A stretch of DNA of 64,000 nt, taken from contig OZ024750.1 of assembly GCA_964016885.1 (NCBI GenBank), forward strand, positions 46,810,001 to 46,874,000, written 5' to 3'. A model generated the notes under the pieces. It made no database searches. It saw only the letters and a program-made list of their open reading frames with translations, and was not told where the DNA came from. How positions within the stretch are numbered: the first letter of the stretch is position 1; each line of letters opens with the position of its first letter. A program made the translations under genes and the position numbers. Of this stretch, positions 11,393 to 27,457 are shown in pieces. This stretch comes from Eledone cirrhosa (lineage: Eukaryota).

Positions 11393-12479
11393 CATATTAC
11401 CATAAGTATAATAAATTCATTTAAAAATAAACAGAACAGGAAAAATGTAATGGCAACTCGTGAAATATGGAGAATGGTATGGTTTCACCTTTTACACTTG
11501 ACAATCTTTAGTTCTCTTGACGAAATGCATTACATTATATCGGTACGTTCCTCTACTTCCTGACTTCAAAATACAGCCGAAGTTAAACTTACTTTACATT
11601 AATGCAGAGCCGAGGAAATAAAGCATCAGCATTGAACTCATGTCGATTTCATTGATTTTTCCCTCTCCCAAAATTGTTTCCCTTGTGACTGACTAAACCA
11701 GTATACCGTTATAGTTCTCTATGTTCTGTTTTCAAATATTTCCAGGGTAAGCTTTACATTTCATTCTTCTGTGTTTGTTAACATCAACTACCAGTAATGT
11801 ACCAGTGTTATCGTTATGACGTACCTTACCCCCCCCCTCCATTTGTTTGTCATATCGACTAAATTACAAATCATTATCACTATTTTTATCTTATTTTATA
11901 TTATTGCATTGTCAATATTTTACACAATACGATGCTGGAATTAAACAATGGATCTGAGACATTATTTCAACGAGTTTTATCTACATTACAAAATGGCTTT
12001 CCATTTTATAACAATATTGTTTGCCTATGGAAGCATATGGAAATTTCATAATTATCATTAGAAATTTTAGATAATTAAAAGTATAATTATCGCTTGGGCT
12101 TATTCATTATATTTTCTATTTTTATAATAATTATATTCTTTTTCAGGAAAAAATATTTCATATTAGAAATATTGATTTTGTCTTGTGTTTAGTGAAAAAT
12201 TACATTTCTTTCGTTAGAAAACGTTAAGTGGCTGTTTGCCGCGTTTCAAAAATGTTTCTGTTCACACGCAGACTCAACATTCACTGTACGAATGAAATAA
12301 TAACCAAGAAATATTCTAGATTTTCAATGTTCCATTAATATTTACCTTCAATAGTTTGTCTTCAATACACCTAAAGGGCAGGACTGAATTATGGGCTTTG
12401 GACCTAAAACGTTCCCCTCTGAAGTACAAACACCGGCAAGTATACCAGCCATCCCTCTCCTCGTCACCGATGTTGTTGA

Positions 12480-12668
12480 AAGGTGAGACAATAGACGATA
12501 AAGCTTGGCACCAGTGACGTCTTAACATATTTGTCCAGCTGCGTGAATTGGAATAACCTCATATAAAGTGTCATTTTCAAGGACTCGACGCACTATACAT
12601 TCCGAGAATTGAAACAACAACCTTACAATGGTAAGCGAAATGTCATAAATAGTAAGCCACACACCTTG
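12480..12668 (-). mobile_element. Diverged tRNA-derived SINE, second family
   Basis: Minus strand has a tRNA-like head followed by gtccttga..gacactttat. Similar remnants lie at about 43780-43960 and 50520-50640. Confidence 0.45.
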
Positions 12669-14446
12669 ACTCAATATAAGTATTGTCAAAGTGTAGCCCA
12701 GCAGATTATTTGACTAGCTATTTTTTAAATAATTCTATTCATGCATGATAATAGTTCATATTCCTGCCTTTTCTGAGACTCGACGCATCTTCAATCCAAA
12801 TATTGCATTTGGTGTTCTTAATTTGGTCATCTATTCTTTCGCAGTCCTATGATCAAATGTATGTTTTCGGCATGAGGAACACATGGTTTTATTATCTGAA
12901 TGTATGTACGGTTCCATAACACCCGAGAAAGTTGTAGAACACCGCTTTTGTGAATCGATCAGCGTCCAATTCGTTCAATCGACGGATACGATTGGTCATA
13001 AAATTGACGTGTAGGTGGCTGAGCATTTCACAGACAATTGTACTCGTAACATAATTCTCGATGTGATTCAGAATGACGAAATGTGTGAAAATCTCCCCCG
13101 AATTACTGTTAAACTCCAACCGGTCGTCTTCCATATCGATTACGTCAACCCAGATTTGCTCACAAGGGTTTGGTCAAAATTTGGTTATAGTAAATAACAC
13201 TTGCCCACAATTCCACGCAGTAGGGCCGAGCCTGCAACCATATGCTTGCGAAGCGAATTTGACCATCGGTTATGATGTATACATGAACAACATATTAGAT
13301 AATTATACATTTCTAGGTGTAAAAGTACCAGTCTAATACTGGAGTCGATTCTTCCTCTATACCTCTTTCTCACTTCCAGTCATTCAATCTCTATCCCTCT
13401 TTGGAAGAAATCTGCTGTATTCAAACCTCGAGAAGAGATGGGCTCCGCCAGGATCACAAAATGAGTGTATTTCTCTGATAAGTGGCTGTTATGTTTAGCT
13501 ATTAATCTAACCAGTTGTCTTGTGATTCTGTCGTTGTCGCTATCGAACCGTTTAGATATTTTCTACCGACACATCCGATTCACTAACTTCCACTTTTGAT
13601 GTCTACAACTTTAAGAGAGTTCCGGGGATTATTAGCAATGGCCAAATATTTTCATTATCATGTATTATTAACCTTTCATATATTAATGAACATGTTAACC
13701 ATGTATAACAAATTTCATATATTAACTTTACAAAATAATGATATAAAAAGAAAAATGTAACAGATTAAATTTATGTATCGATTCAGTTTTGAGTTGAATA
13801 TTTACGATAGACGATTTAGCTGGTTGATTATTGAATATATAAATGTAAGAGAGGCCACCTGGGTATTGCTTATAAAATAACGCCTCGTTTTACGAGAATT
13901 GATATCAATAAAATAAGCTTTAGTATGAAGATATTTCGACATTTATGGAGTTATCAGGATTAACGTCGTCTGTCGTACGGCAACATTGAGTCTGCATTAT
14001 TTATTTAATTTCTATGTTACACTTTGAAGATTTATTAAATATATTTTCTTTTGAGATTCAACATAAACGTAAATGGATATTTTCGGGTTTTCATATGATC
14101 TATATTGTTGATACATTTCCGAAATACCAACATACCATCGCTGAAACACAAATGCAAATACACACACACATACAAATACATAGACGCAGACACAGACAAA
14201 AAGACATACACACACACACACAAACACAAGGAGACGTACACACACACACACACACATACACACAACAGACACATACACAGGCACATACACATACAAATAC
14301 ACACGCAGACACACTCAAACATATACACATACACACACACATACACACACATACACACACACACAGACATACATATATATACATATATATACATACACAT
14401 ATATACGTATACATATACATGTATGTATATATATATATATATATAT

Positions 14447-14625
14447 AATTGTTTCTACATTTGACACAAGGCCAGCAATTACCCAGTGCATTACTGGTAC
14501 TTTATTTTATCGACCCCGTAAGGATGAAAGGCAAAGTTAACCCCGGCGGGATTTGAACACAGAACGTAAAGGGACGTCACTATGATGGAAATCATGGCGT
14601 CCGACACTCTACCGATACTGCCAAT
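14447..14625 (-). mobile_element. tRNA-derived SINE, abundant family
   Basis: ttatcgaccccgtaaggatgaaaggcaaagttaaccccggcgggatttgaac. Confidence 0.8.
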
Positions 14626-15206
14626 ATATATAGTAATAATAATAAATGTGAAGACTAATCTGTTATTTTAATAAATGTTCTAGCAGTCTCTCTCTCTCTG
14701 TTAGCCTCTTCTTCACCTTTCACTCACTCACTCTCTGTCACTACCTCTCATCCTCCCCTTTCTTCCCGTTTGACCTGTCCGTAATCCTTTTCTCGCGGGT
14801 ACTTGGCCAAGCCGGTATGAATTTTGTTTCTCTCTCTCTCGTCTGTGACTTCACAGAACTTATGTTTACTGAATTCGCAGACCAGACCCCTTCTTCCTCC
14901 CGTTAGACCTGTGCGAAATTCCTTCCTTGCTCACATTTCAACCAGGTTTGATGGTCTTTATTCTCTCGTTCACGATTTCACCGAATTCATATTCATAGAA
15001 ATCTGGGACTTGTTTCTTTCTTCTTCATCACTTTCTGTTGCTTAAACCATTTTGTTTGTTTACCCTAGCGTCCCCCTTATTTACGTGTCCCAACGACTTT
15101 TTTTAGCCGTTGCTCGCACCAACCTGAGGTATATGGCCTTTAATGCGACGAAATGCCTACGACGGTTGGAAGGCCACTGATGAGGACAAACTTGTTCATA
15201 TGTAAC

Positions 15207-15267
<61 letters not shown>

Positions 15268-15268
<1 letters not shown>

Positions 15269-15456
15269 CGAAGGAGTTGTGGTAAGGAATCGTATGGACC
15301 ATAACGCACCAGAGTAATCAATACTGAGGGTAGTAGAATGGGTAATAGGAAAAATGTATGACCCCGACGGCAGAGCTCAAGCCGTTTCGACGGCTATTTC
15401 TGGGGTCCAGAAATAGTCGACGAAACGAGCTCTGCCGTTGGGGTCATATATGTTCC

Positions 15457-15457
<1 letters not shown>
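15268..15457 (-). mobile_element. Family C fold-back mini-element
   Basis: Reverse complement of the family C tail plus an imperfect palindrome centred near 15404, set in (TA)n. Confidence 0.8.
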
Positions 15458-15488
<31 letters not shown>

Positions 15489-15645
15489 TTATATATATAT
15501 ATATACATATATTATATATATATATATATATATACATATATTATATATATATATATATATATACATATATTATATATATATATATACATATATTATATAT
15601 ATATATATATACATATATTATATATATATATATATATACATATAT

Positions 15646-15676
<31 letters not shown>

Positions 15677-15682
15677 ATATAC

Positions 15683-15762
<80 letters not shown>

Positions 15763-15883
15763 CATATATTATATATAAGGTTAATATATATCTGAGGGTA
15801 CAATGTACCCCTGGAAATATATAGTGTGTCTATGATTTAAGGTGGTTCTATGGTAATAATTTGATATACCAGAACTTAATATC

Positions 15884-16359
<476 letters not shown>

Positions 16360-16377
16360 ATATATATTATATATATA

Positions 16378-16471
<94 letters not shown>

Positions 16472-16476
16472 TATAC

Positions 16477-16526
<50 letters not shown>

Positions 16527-16613
16527 ATATATATATACATATATTATATATATATATATACATATATTATATATATATATATATATACATATATTATATA
16601 TATAGATATACAT

Positions 16614-16649
<36 letters not shown>

Positions 16650-16653
<4 letters not shown>

Positions 16654-16804
16654 TTATTAAAATAACAGATTAAATTTAAAGCAAAGAATCGCTGCTTTCA
16701 CGATTAACGGGATCTTCTGAAACTTATATATTTGATATATACTAACCCTTATCGACCCTTCTTTGGACTTTAGTCTTCAAACTTATTATTATTACTATTA
16801 TTAT

Positions 16805-16863
<59 letters not shown>

Positions 16864-17149
16864 AGAATATTATTCTACGACTTCTTTTATACCATAAACG
16901 TGGTTCTGTCTTTGCTTGTAATTGTTTTTCACGGCTCTTATTAATGACGTATTATATTCGTTTTTTCCCGTTCTTTGCCAGCGAACGTTTCCACGAACCA
17001 AAGTATCGTCTTCCTGTCTTCCTCCGGTTGCAACGTTTTTTGAAATATTCACTACTGCGTTTACAGAATGACTTTGTCAGTTTCAGAAAATCTCGTTAAG
17101 GGTGAAAGCAACGATTCTCTGCTTAAACTTTAATCTGCTATTTTAATAA

Positions 17150-17150
<1 letters not shown>
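16650..17150. mobile_element. Two oppositely oriented family B HHR mini-elements (16650-16790 minus, 17079-17150 plus)
   Basis: Consensus aagttt CAGAAGA t ccc gttaa ggg t GAAA gca..tgc TT aaactt. Other copies lie at 47997-48125, 62918-63092 and 63735-63881. Confidence 0.75.
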
Positions 17151-17181
<31 letters not shown>

Positions 17182-17182
17182 G

Positions 17183-17323
<141 letters not shown>

Positions 17324-17520
17324 TATCGAAATGTTGTATAAATACTCTATTGAGGCCACCGCGAAGAGGCCACTTTCTTTTTTTTGTCGGAGATTTCTTC
17401 ACAGGAGCCTTTATCCTTATAGCTTGGTCTAATTGATTTTTTATATGGTTAATTATGCTGATTTGCAGAGGAAATGGTATATATTTTATTTATCTAATAA
17501 TTCTATAGACATGATTTATG

Positions 17521-17709
<189 letters not shown>

Positions 17710-17724
17710 TATATATATATATAT

Positions 17725-17772
<48 letters not shown>

Positions 17773-20430
17773 TAATATATATATATATATATTAATATAT
17801 ATATATATTATATATATATACATATATATTTATATACACTTAGAAATGAAAATACAAACACACATACACATATTCACGACACACACACACGTTCGAAACT
17901 TACTTCGTCAGACCTAAGATACCCATGCATATAATAAACGACGAATATAATGGACGGTCGAATGAAAATATGCATTTAAATCAACGCTCTACATTGCAGA
18001 CTCTTTCATTCCAAACAGTATTTATTTTAATACTTCACTACAGAAAATCAACTTCTCTAAACTAACTGCTATGTTGGCAATATAATAACAGGATTCTCCA
18101 TTACACTATTAAACATTTGCAGCTGCCATGCATTCCAGCAAACGTCACAAATCAAAAGTATATTTCAAACCTGCATATATATATATTTAATGTCTTCAGA
18201 TATAATAAAGATAGATTCAATACCTATAAAATAGTGTCAAACTAAAAGGATAATACATGTCAGACCCCACCCAGTACAATTCTTCTTCACAGTAACGCAT
18301 AAATCTAAAGATCAAAATGTAAATCCTGCTTACGACTTCTACAACAATCTATTTACCACTTATATGCTAAAGAGGAAGCAACATATGCCAACTAGACTCC
18401 ACCCAGGAGAGGATGTTAGAAAATACTGGAAACTTTGAAGATCACACCAGGAACTTTTCTATCCTTCTTTATCTGTAAAAAACGCATGAAAAACGCAGAA
18501 AACCTCGATGTAAAATTAAAAGTTGGACGCCACTCTCTATTTAATACGTGTGTAAACTACATTATTTTACCATGAATAGAAATATTAAATCATTAAAGAA
18601 GAAGGAACAAGGCACAGCATGGTTCCAGAAGAAAGTGATCAGACAACAAATGTACTCATGTGAGTCGAAACAAGTGAGTCGAAACAAACAAGAAACATTT
18701 CCCAACAGGTCGACGTAAAGAAATTATCGTAATACTAAGAAAAGAAATTTGTAGCAAAATCCAGCTTTCAGAACATTAGAATAAATCACATAGCAATACT
18801 ACTACAATATATTCAGATGAAAACAGCGGCATACGTCCGTTTACAACATATATCTAAATTAATGAATATAATTATATATAGAGAGCTAATCAGCACACTT
18901 TTACAAAATTCAGCGGTGCAAACATTACTTAGAGAAAGCGATTAGCATATAAAGAAATAACAGAATGAAAAAAATATATGACAGGGGAGCGAAATCAAGT
19001 GTTAAAATTACGAGATACATCCTCTATAATTAAGGGTAAAAACCGATCGAACCGATTGGAATGTGGTTGCTATAACGATATGTATAGAGAGAAATTCCGA
19101 TAAAAATATACGAACATGTATTTAAATGATACGACAAACACACACACACATACATTTATATATATATATATATACAGTTGTATTTTCACGCAAAAATGCA
19201 CATTTTGGTTGTGTGTGTGTGTAAGCTGGATATTTTACACATAACTAAAGATTTCAAAACACAATTATTGTTTCATGTGTGTGTAAAGTGCCTGTGTAGT
19301 TAGAGAGGCTGTGTATGTACGTGAGAATGTTTGTTTGTGTGGGGAGAATTTTGTTTAACGTCTAGTAATATATATTGTGCTAATTCACAATGTACTTCAA
19401 AGAATAATTCTACACCTTGCTCAATATATCTAGTTTCTAAGAAATCTTTAGTTTGCTTTCAGCATTGATCATTCTTGTATGAAGTAGATATATAACGGGC
19501 AACATTGATTTTATTATAATATATGGTTGCATTATGATATATCATTATTCGTGTGTGTTTGAACATTTAGTTGTGTTTGTGTCTGTCTTCATATTAGCAC
19601 GTATCATCACGGTAATCCATTTATAAATATGGAAATAAGGCTTTCACGAACATCAAAATTGTTTTCTGTAATATTGGAAAGCAATACTTATATTCCTATA
19701 TCCAGTAATAGTTGATGAACGGAAACATAGAAATGGATTTCTATAACACGGAAACTTGCAAAACTATTCACGTTCATTCCAGCATCCAGCGTGACAATTA
19801 ATGATGCGGAAACTGTTTGCATTGATATGGCATGCTGGTAAATGGTACGAGAGACTTTTCCCTAAAATGTGTGCAATTATTTGGCGATAATGATTTGCAA
19901 GGAGAACCATGGGACTCATTCATAAATACGAATTAAGGAATAAATTAGTTGTACTGCTTTAAATAATATATAAAAATATGAAGTTCTGTTCAGCAGATCG
20001 GAAAATAAATGGGAACCAAAGGAATGTAGAAATAAGGAAATTATTGAAGGATCTGCTACATTACTTGTAAAGAATAAAGGAAAACGTTACTTGGGTTTTT
20101 CGCTTAGAAAATGTATATCTATTGGATATAAACACATTTATTACTAGTTTGTATTTTCTAAGTGATTCACTTCAAAATGAATGGCGATAATTCATTGATT
20201 ATTCTGTAGAAACCAACCAAAATATAGAGGCGTTTCTTCAAAGCAAATGTATCGTTCTAATGCCTGTGCAGTTAGGTTAAGAATCTTCTACCGCAGTTGG
20301 ATGTTGTATGGCTTGATTTCAAATGCATCCTATTGAATTTGGCTTTCTATAAGTACAGAAGAGAACAGTTACATAGGAGCAAGTAGGAACTAAACTCAAT
20401 CAAAAGACATCTGTTGATATATATATATAT

Positions 20431-20538
<108 letters not shown>

Positions 20539-20572
20539 CGCGTGTGTGTCTATGTGTGTGAGAGAGAGAGTC

Positions 20573-20671
<99 letters not shown>

Positions 20672-21195
20672 TATGTGGGTATATAAAATCTATCGGATAT
20701 TTCATATCACATAAATAACATGCGTTTATGAATGTTATATCCTCGACTAAAGAGTGAAAAGGTATGGGAGAATGTGTAAATGAATATTAATTTCCAATGA
20801 ACATTATCACAATGTTAGAAATATTCACAAGATGTAGGTAGCAAAAAGCGATTACTTTTATTACAGTATATGGCTTTTAATTTATCAATACCCTGGATGA
20901 AAAGCATCTTTCATTTTCGGTGTATTTGAGAGTAGAAAGCTTAGTGAGAAATCTAAAGACATTTAAATGGATGGCTGTAAAACTTTAGTCATGAACTTGC
21001 TGATTCTGCTATGCCTATGATAAACAAATCACAACTGCTCACATGGTGATAATGTCATTGACAATTATTCAAGCATAAATCCTTTGCACCCCTCCCGAAT
21101 TTTCAATACATCTATAGATATATATTAATACCGACCACATGTATCCGTCTTTATGCGTCGAACAGTTTTCGAGGTAGTTTATACACGTATAAATA

Positions 21196-21273
<78 letters not shown>

Positions 21274-21274
21274 T

Positions 21275-21321
<47 letters not shown>

Positions 21322-23281
21322 TAAAGTGATGCTATCATTTATAGGCTTAATCTGGAAGAAAAGTCTGTATCCATCTCCTTCAGAATTACTATTAGAGTTC
21401 GGCAGCAGCTGCCATACCATGTACCACCTGAGAAGGTCTTGTTGGTAGGAGGGAACTGTAGAGTGATGTGCAATATATCTGATTAATTAGGAGAGACCAA
21501 TGGATAAGAAACATGTTAGTACATGAAACACACATATTTCCATTGCAGGCTTTGAACGGAATCTTCTTCTGCTTTTCTACTTCAGATGAAACATTCTGAA
21601 AGGAGTTATTTCGTACTTCTGTAATAGAAAATCTCGTAATCTCAACACCACAGAACTACTGGGAATCTGGTTTGTTAGAGTTCGTTCCCTCAATAAACAA
21701 AACATTTAGGAATGATTGTAATAGTAAATAAACAATGTGCTAGCACGTATCACTCGATTTCCATAGAGTACACTTCACAATATTATTCAATAATTTCAAT
21801 TTAATATCACACATTATACTGATCCATTAGATTTTACTAAAATAATTATATATTCTAAATTCACGCCAGTTGCCTCATATATAATATTTTCATAATATCT
21901 TTTATATGCCCGGCAATTAGTCCGAAACTATATCTAAATCTTCCTTCACTGTCAAGTTTTTGACTAAATACATTTGCTCTCCAAATCCTCCACTGTGGAC
22001 ATATCTATCGATATCTATATCTTATAATCTCTACAGGCGCTAATTGAACATTATTAAGCGGCAATGGATAGAGATTAAACGTGATTTACAACAGCCATCT
22101 GCTTCTTATACTCAAATTAACTAATATAATTAAATAACCCATCACGTTATTAAGCTGCGAATTGGCAGAGACGGTAGAATGTTGGATAGATGCTTTGTGT
22201 AATCATTTCTCCTTTCTGAGATGAAATCCTACTCAGGTCGACTTTGCTTTTCATCCTTTCTAGGTCAGTAAAACAGTACCAGTCTAGTCCTGGGGTAGAA
22301 TTTCCTTGTATACATCTTTCTCTCTTCCTCTCTCACATTCTCTGGAATAATTCTGCTATATTCACGCCTAGAAAATAAATGATCTCCGCAGGATTAAACA
22401 ACATGCACAAGAAATGCTGTATCTCACTACGGGCCCCTACGTCTCCATCTTGATGTAGGGGATCGTACATACATAATGGCTTAATATTTGGTGCCGAAGC
22501 TCTCATGTTCATATTGTTTTGGGGTCTACGGTTGTTTCAGTCGTTTGCCCAGTTAGAAAGCATGTCGTTGATATTTAACGTGCGAGTGACTAATCATTCC
22601 ATACAGGCGTATATATTTAACGTCACATATACATCTCATTTGTTATTGGTAAATAGACTGGAGCATCATGATATATCGTTAATAAATAATCGTGAAACGA
22701 ACGCTAAGCTAGGCAAACTCACCATCTTCCTATTACCATATTCTCATATACATAGTTTCGTCCCCTCCAGTATGAATAAATGATATTCAGAAAATCGTTA
22801 TACGAAATTTCACAGGCTCAATAGAAGTGAATCATTAAGTAGAAAAAATATGTTAAATTTTTGATTTAAATTTAAATTTTCAATTTCTAATTCGTTTTCC
22901 ACTCTGAGCACGTGGCGATATACAATTTGTTTTTTTTTTAAGAAACTTAATAATTGAATTTTGGTTGTAAATTTGTTACTCTGGTTTACAGGTATACTGT
23001 GAATTTTTTTTATTTGTTCAATGTCTTGTAGCTCGAGAAAATCAAACATTGATAACATTTCTATAATGTAATTTTTAACGTTGAGAATTTATAGGTTCAG
23101 GTTTTTTTTTAACTCTTCAACTTAGGTTCATTTTAATCTATATCTTATAGCAGTTACTTTGTGATGATGGAAATGATAATAATAATAACAATAATACCCG
23201 AATCTAGAATTTCTCATATATAATTTCATTCCTTTATTTTCTTTTTCATTAATTTTCACTAAATGTGATAATAATAATAAT

Positions 23282-23422
23282 AATTGTCTCTACTTTTGGC
23301 ACAAGGCCAGTAATTACCTCACTACATTACTAGTACTTTATTTTATCGACTCCGTAAGGATGAAAGGCAAATTTATCCTCGGCGGGATTTGAACTCAGAA
23401 TTGCAAGGGCCGTAACTCTATG
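23282..23422 (-). mobile_element. tRNA-derived SINE, abundant family
   Basis: Match to the main SINE consensus. Confidence 0.8.
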
Positions 23423-23439
23423 CGTCGAATCATGACGTA

Positions 23440-24315
23440 CAATCCTCTACAGCTACGACCAATTCACCGCCTAGTTCGCGCGGGACCCCCCTCAACGTCT
23501 CCAGTTTGTGCAGTAATGGCTCGAGAGTCAATACGTACAAGAGGGACGAGAAGGGGTATCCTTGGCAGACCGAGCGCATGATGTTGAACGGTTCCGAAAG
23601 GTGACCGTTCACTCTCACCACATAGCAGATATCGCTGTGCATGGCAGCGATCCAGCCTCTGAAGACAGGCCCAAACCCAGCCGCCCTCAGGACTGCCGCC
23701 AGATAACGATGGTCGACCCTATCGAAAACTTTCGACTGATCTAAATTTATCAAGGACCCACCCGTGCCAGGCTCCCTAGCTATGTATCACATGAGGTGGA
23801 GGATGTCGTGGATGGATCTGTCGGGAATGGCGCATGTCTGCGTCTCTCCCACCAGACCACCAACGACAAGCGCGAACCTCTAGCACCTTGGCCAAAATAT
23901 TGAACTCTGTGTTTAGAAGAGTTATGGGCCTGAAATTATCTATAATTATCCCCCTTGTTCGGAACCTTTCTCAGCAGCGCCACTGCTCCTTGGCTCACAG
24001 AGCTGGGAATTCTCCCGTTCTGTTGCCAGTCGCAGTAGACGTCCGCCAAGAGGCTTCCGAACAAGTCTGGCATCTGTACGTAAACTTCATAGGGCAGACC
24101 ATCAAAACCAGGCGATTTACCTCTTGTGCAGCCAGTCATTGCCTCCCGTATTTCAGCTGCTGCTATCGGCTTTTCGCAACACTCGAACTCAGTGGCCGAG
24201 AGCCGCAGCAGTCCGTCGAGGTAGACACTAAAGTCCATCTCTTGATCCGGCCCGCTGCTTTCCCCGAACAGCTGAGCGTGAAGTGTCGCTGAAAAGCTTC
24301 ACACATTTTCCCGGG
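23440..24315 (-). mobile_element. L1/Tx1-clade LINE reverse transcriptase fragment, decayed
   Basis: GKSPGFDGLPYEVY; INLDQSKVFDRVDH..GFG..F..WI; VNGHLSEPF...QGYPFSSLLYVLTLEPLL. GC-rich against the background. Confidence 0.88.
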
Positions 24316-24316
24316 A

Positions 24317-25502
<1,186 letters not shown>

Positions 25503-25544
25503 TATGTAACCTCTCATTTCATTATTTTATGCTTGTGGATCGGT

Positions 25545-25710
25545 AGATAGTCGGACACCATACTTTCCAGCATAGAGTTACGGCCCTTGCCATTCTGAGT
25601 TCTAATCCCGCCGAGGTTAACTTTGCCTTTCATCCTTACGGGTTCGATAAAATAAAGTACCAGTAATGTACTGATAAATTGCTGGCCTTCTGCCAAAAAA
25701 AACAATTATT
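25545..25710 (+). mobile_element. tRNA-derived SINE, abundant family
   Basis: ttctgagttctaatcccgccgaggttaactttgcctttcatccttacgggttcgataaaataaagtaccag. Confidence 0.8.
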
Positions 25711-25894
25711 TTATGCTTGTATTGGTGCTAACAATCAGACTGTGGTCATGTGAGGGAACTACTCTCATTTATTCGAACTTATTGACCCTTGTACAAGGCT
25801 GGCATCTCTCTCTATTTCTCTCTCTCTCCGACTCGCTCTCTCTCTCTATCTCCCTCTCCCTCTTTCTCTCTCTCTGTTTATCTCTCGCTCTCTC

Positions 25895-25963
<69 letters not shown>

Positions 25964-25967
25964 TATA

Positions 25968-26162
25968 GGTAAATGTTTGGCCCTGACGGCACAGTTCAAG
26001 CCGTTTCGACGGCTATTTCTACCCGAGTCCAGAAATAGCTGTCAAAACGGCTTGAGCTCTGCCGTCGATGTCAACTATTTTCCTATTGCCACTCTACTAC
26101 CCTAAGTATTGAGTACTCTGGTGCGTTATGGTCTATCTGGTTCCTTACCACACCTCCTTCGT
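25968..26162 (+). mobile_element. Family C fold-back mini-element
   Basis: Imperfect palindrome around ctacccgagtccag followed by the family C tail, set in (TA)n. Confidence 0.8.
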
Positions 26163-27457
26163 TATATATATATATATATATAAGCAAAAGAGATATTCAA
26201 TTTGTTGGTAATTCAACAAATATAATTGTTTATAACACATTCAGTGCACTCGACGGTATATTCAGAGCATATATATATATATACTATATACTATATACAC
26301 AGAAAGAGAGAAGTAGAATCCCGACCCCGGCGTCTAGAGGTTTTAGTTTGTGTGTGTATAAGAAGATTGAAAAGGAAATCCAAAACAATTGATTCTGGCG
26401 ACATGGTATTTTTAATGGCTTCTGAATTGTTCAAGATTGTGACTCAGCGTGCAATCAATTTCCATGCTTGAGGATGATATTAAAGAGAAGTGTCTTCCTT
26501 TGTTCTTCTCATTGTTTTCGTCAAGATATTATGTCCAAGGTTAATATATCATCTGCCACTTTTATATTTTTTTCATTCTCCATGGCTTCGTTCAGTGTGT
26601 CATAGGGGGTAATATCCATTATATTCCCAGTGAATATTCCACTTCCAACTATACTGTTGTTGTTTTTTAAGGATTCATACCTATATAAGGCAGGTATCTA
26701 TAATTCAATAACATATATATGTATTCAATTTTATAATCATGTTAACATACATAACATATGTATATAGATGTATTCTTATACTACGCATACACGCTGTATA
26801 TAGATGTATAATTAATTATTTTATATATATTTCTGGAATGAAACCAATGCTTACATCATTACGTTCTTTGAAAAGAACAGTCATTGTCTTTCATAAATTC
26901 TGAAATAATTTCAAGGCTGTGATTTTGACATATATCCCATATCAAAATAAGTCTAGAATAGTTATTTCACAATAACGTTTTAATCACAAACTTACATCTA
27001 ACATCACTAATACATAATTAATAACTCTCGTGTTTTCATAATCATGTATATATCTCTTTATACTATACACATCAAAAGTAAATATTTTATGATATTATGT
27101 TTCGTTATTAAGCTAACACAGATCGTAGCTAATGATTGTCGAAATCTTTATGATGCCTATTATCCTTGTACAAGGTTTCATAATATTCTCTCTACAAGTT
27201 TTTTATCCCTATTACTTAATTTGCAGTAAAAACCCCAGGCGATAATATATTTTCGATGTATCCATCTTCTCTCTTAATATCACATTCCATATATACTTCC
27301 TGATCTGTCATTTCTCCCACATATTTATTCAATGAGTCGACAATGAATCCTCTAGTTAGGTGTACAACAAACAGTTAATATTAGTAGACACAAAAATATA
27401 GTACCAGTTATACACTGGGAAATTGCTGGCCTTGTGCCAAAAGTAGAAACAAATATT

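Noticed and set aside
12830-13140. Possible integrase or transposase fragment
   Set aside because: Only a vague motif resemblance; not supportable without a search.
15177-15210. CTGATGA ggacaa ac ttgttc atatgta as a hammerhead
   Set aside because: GAAA is missing and there is no stem I complement; at most a deleted remnant.
17880-17915. Minus-strand CTGACGA motif
   Set aside because: No GAAA, stem III or stem I in the right geometry.
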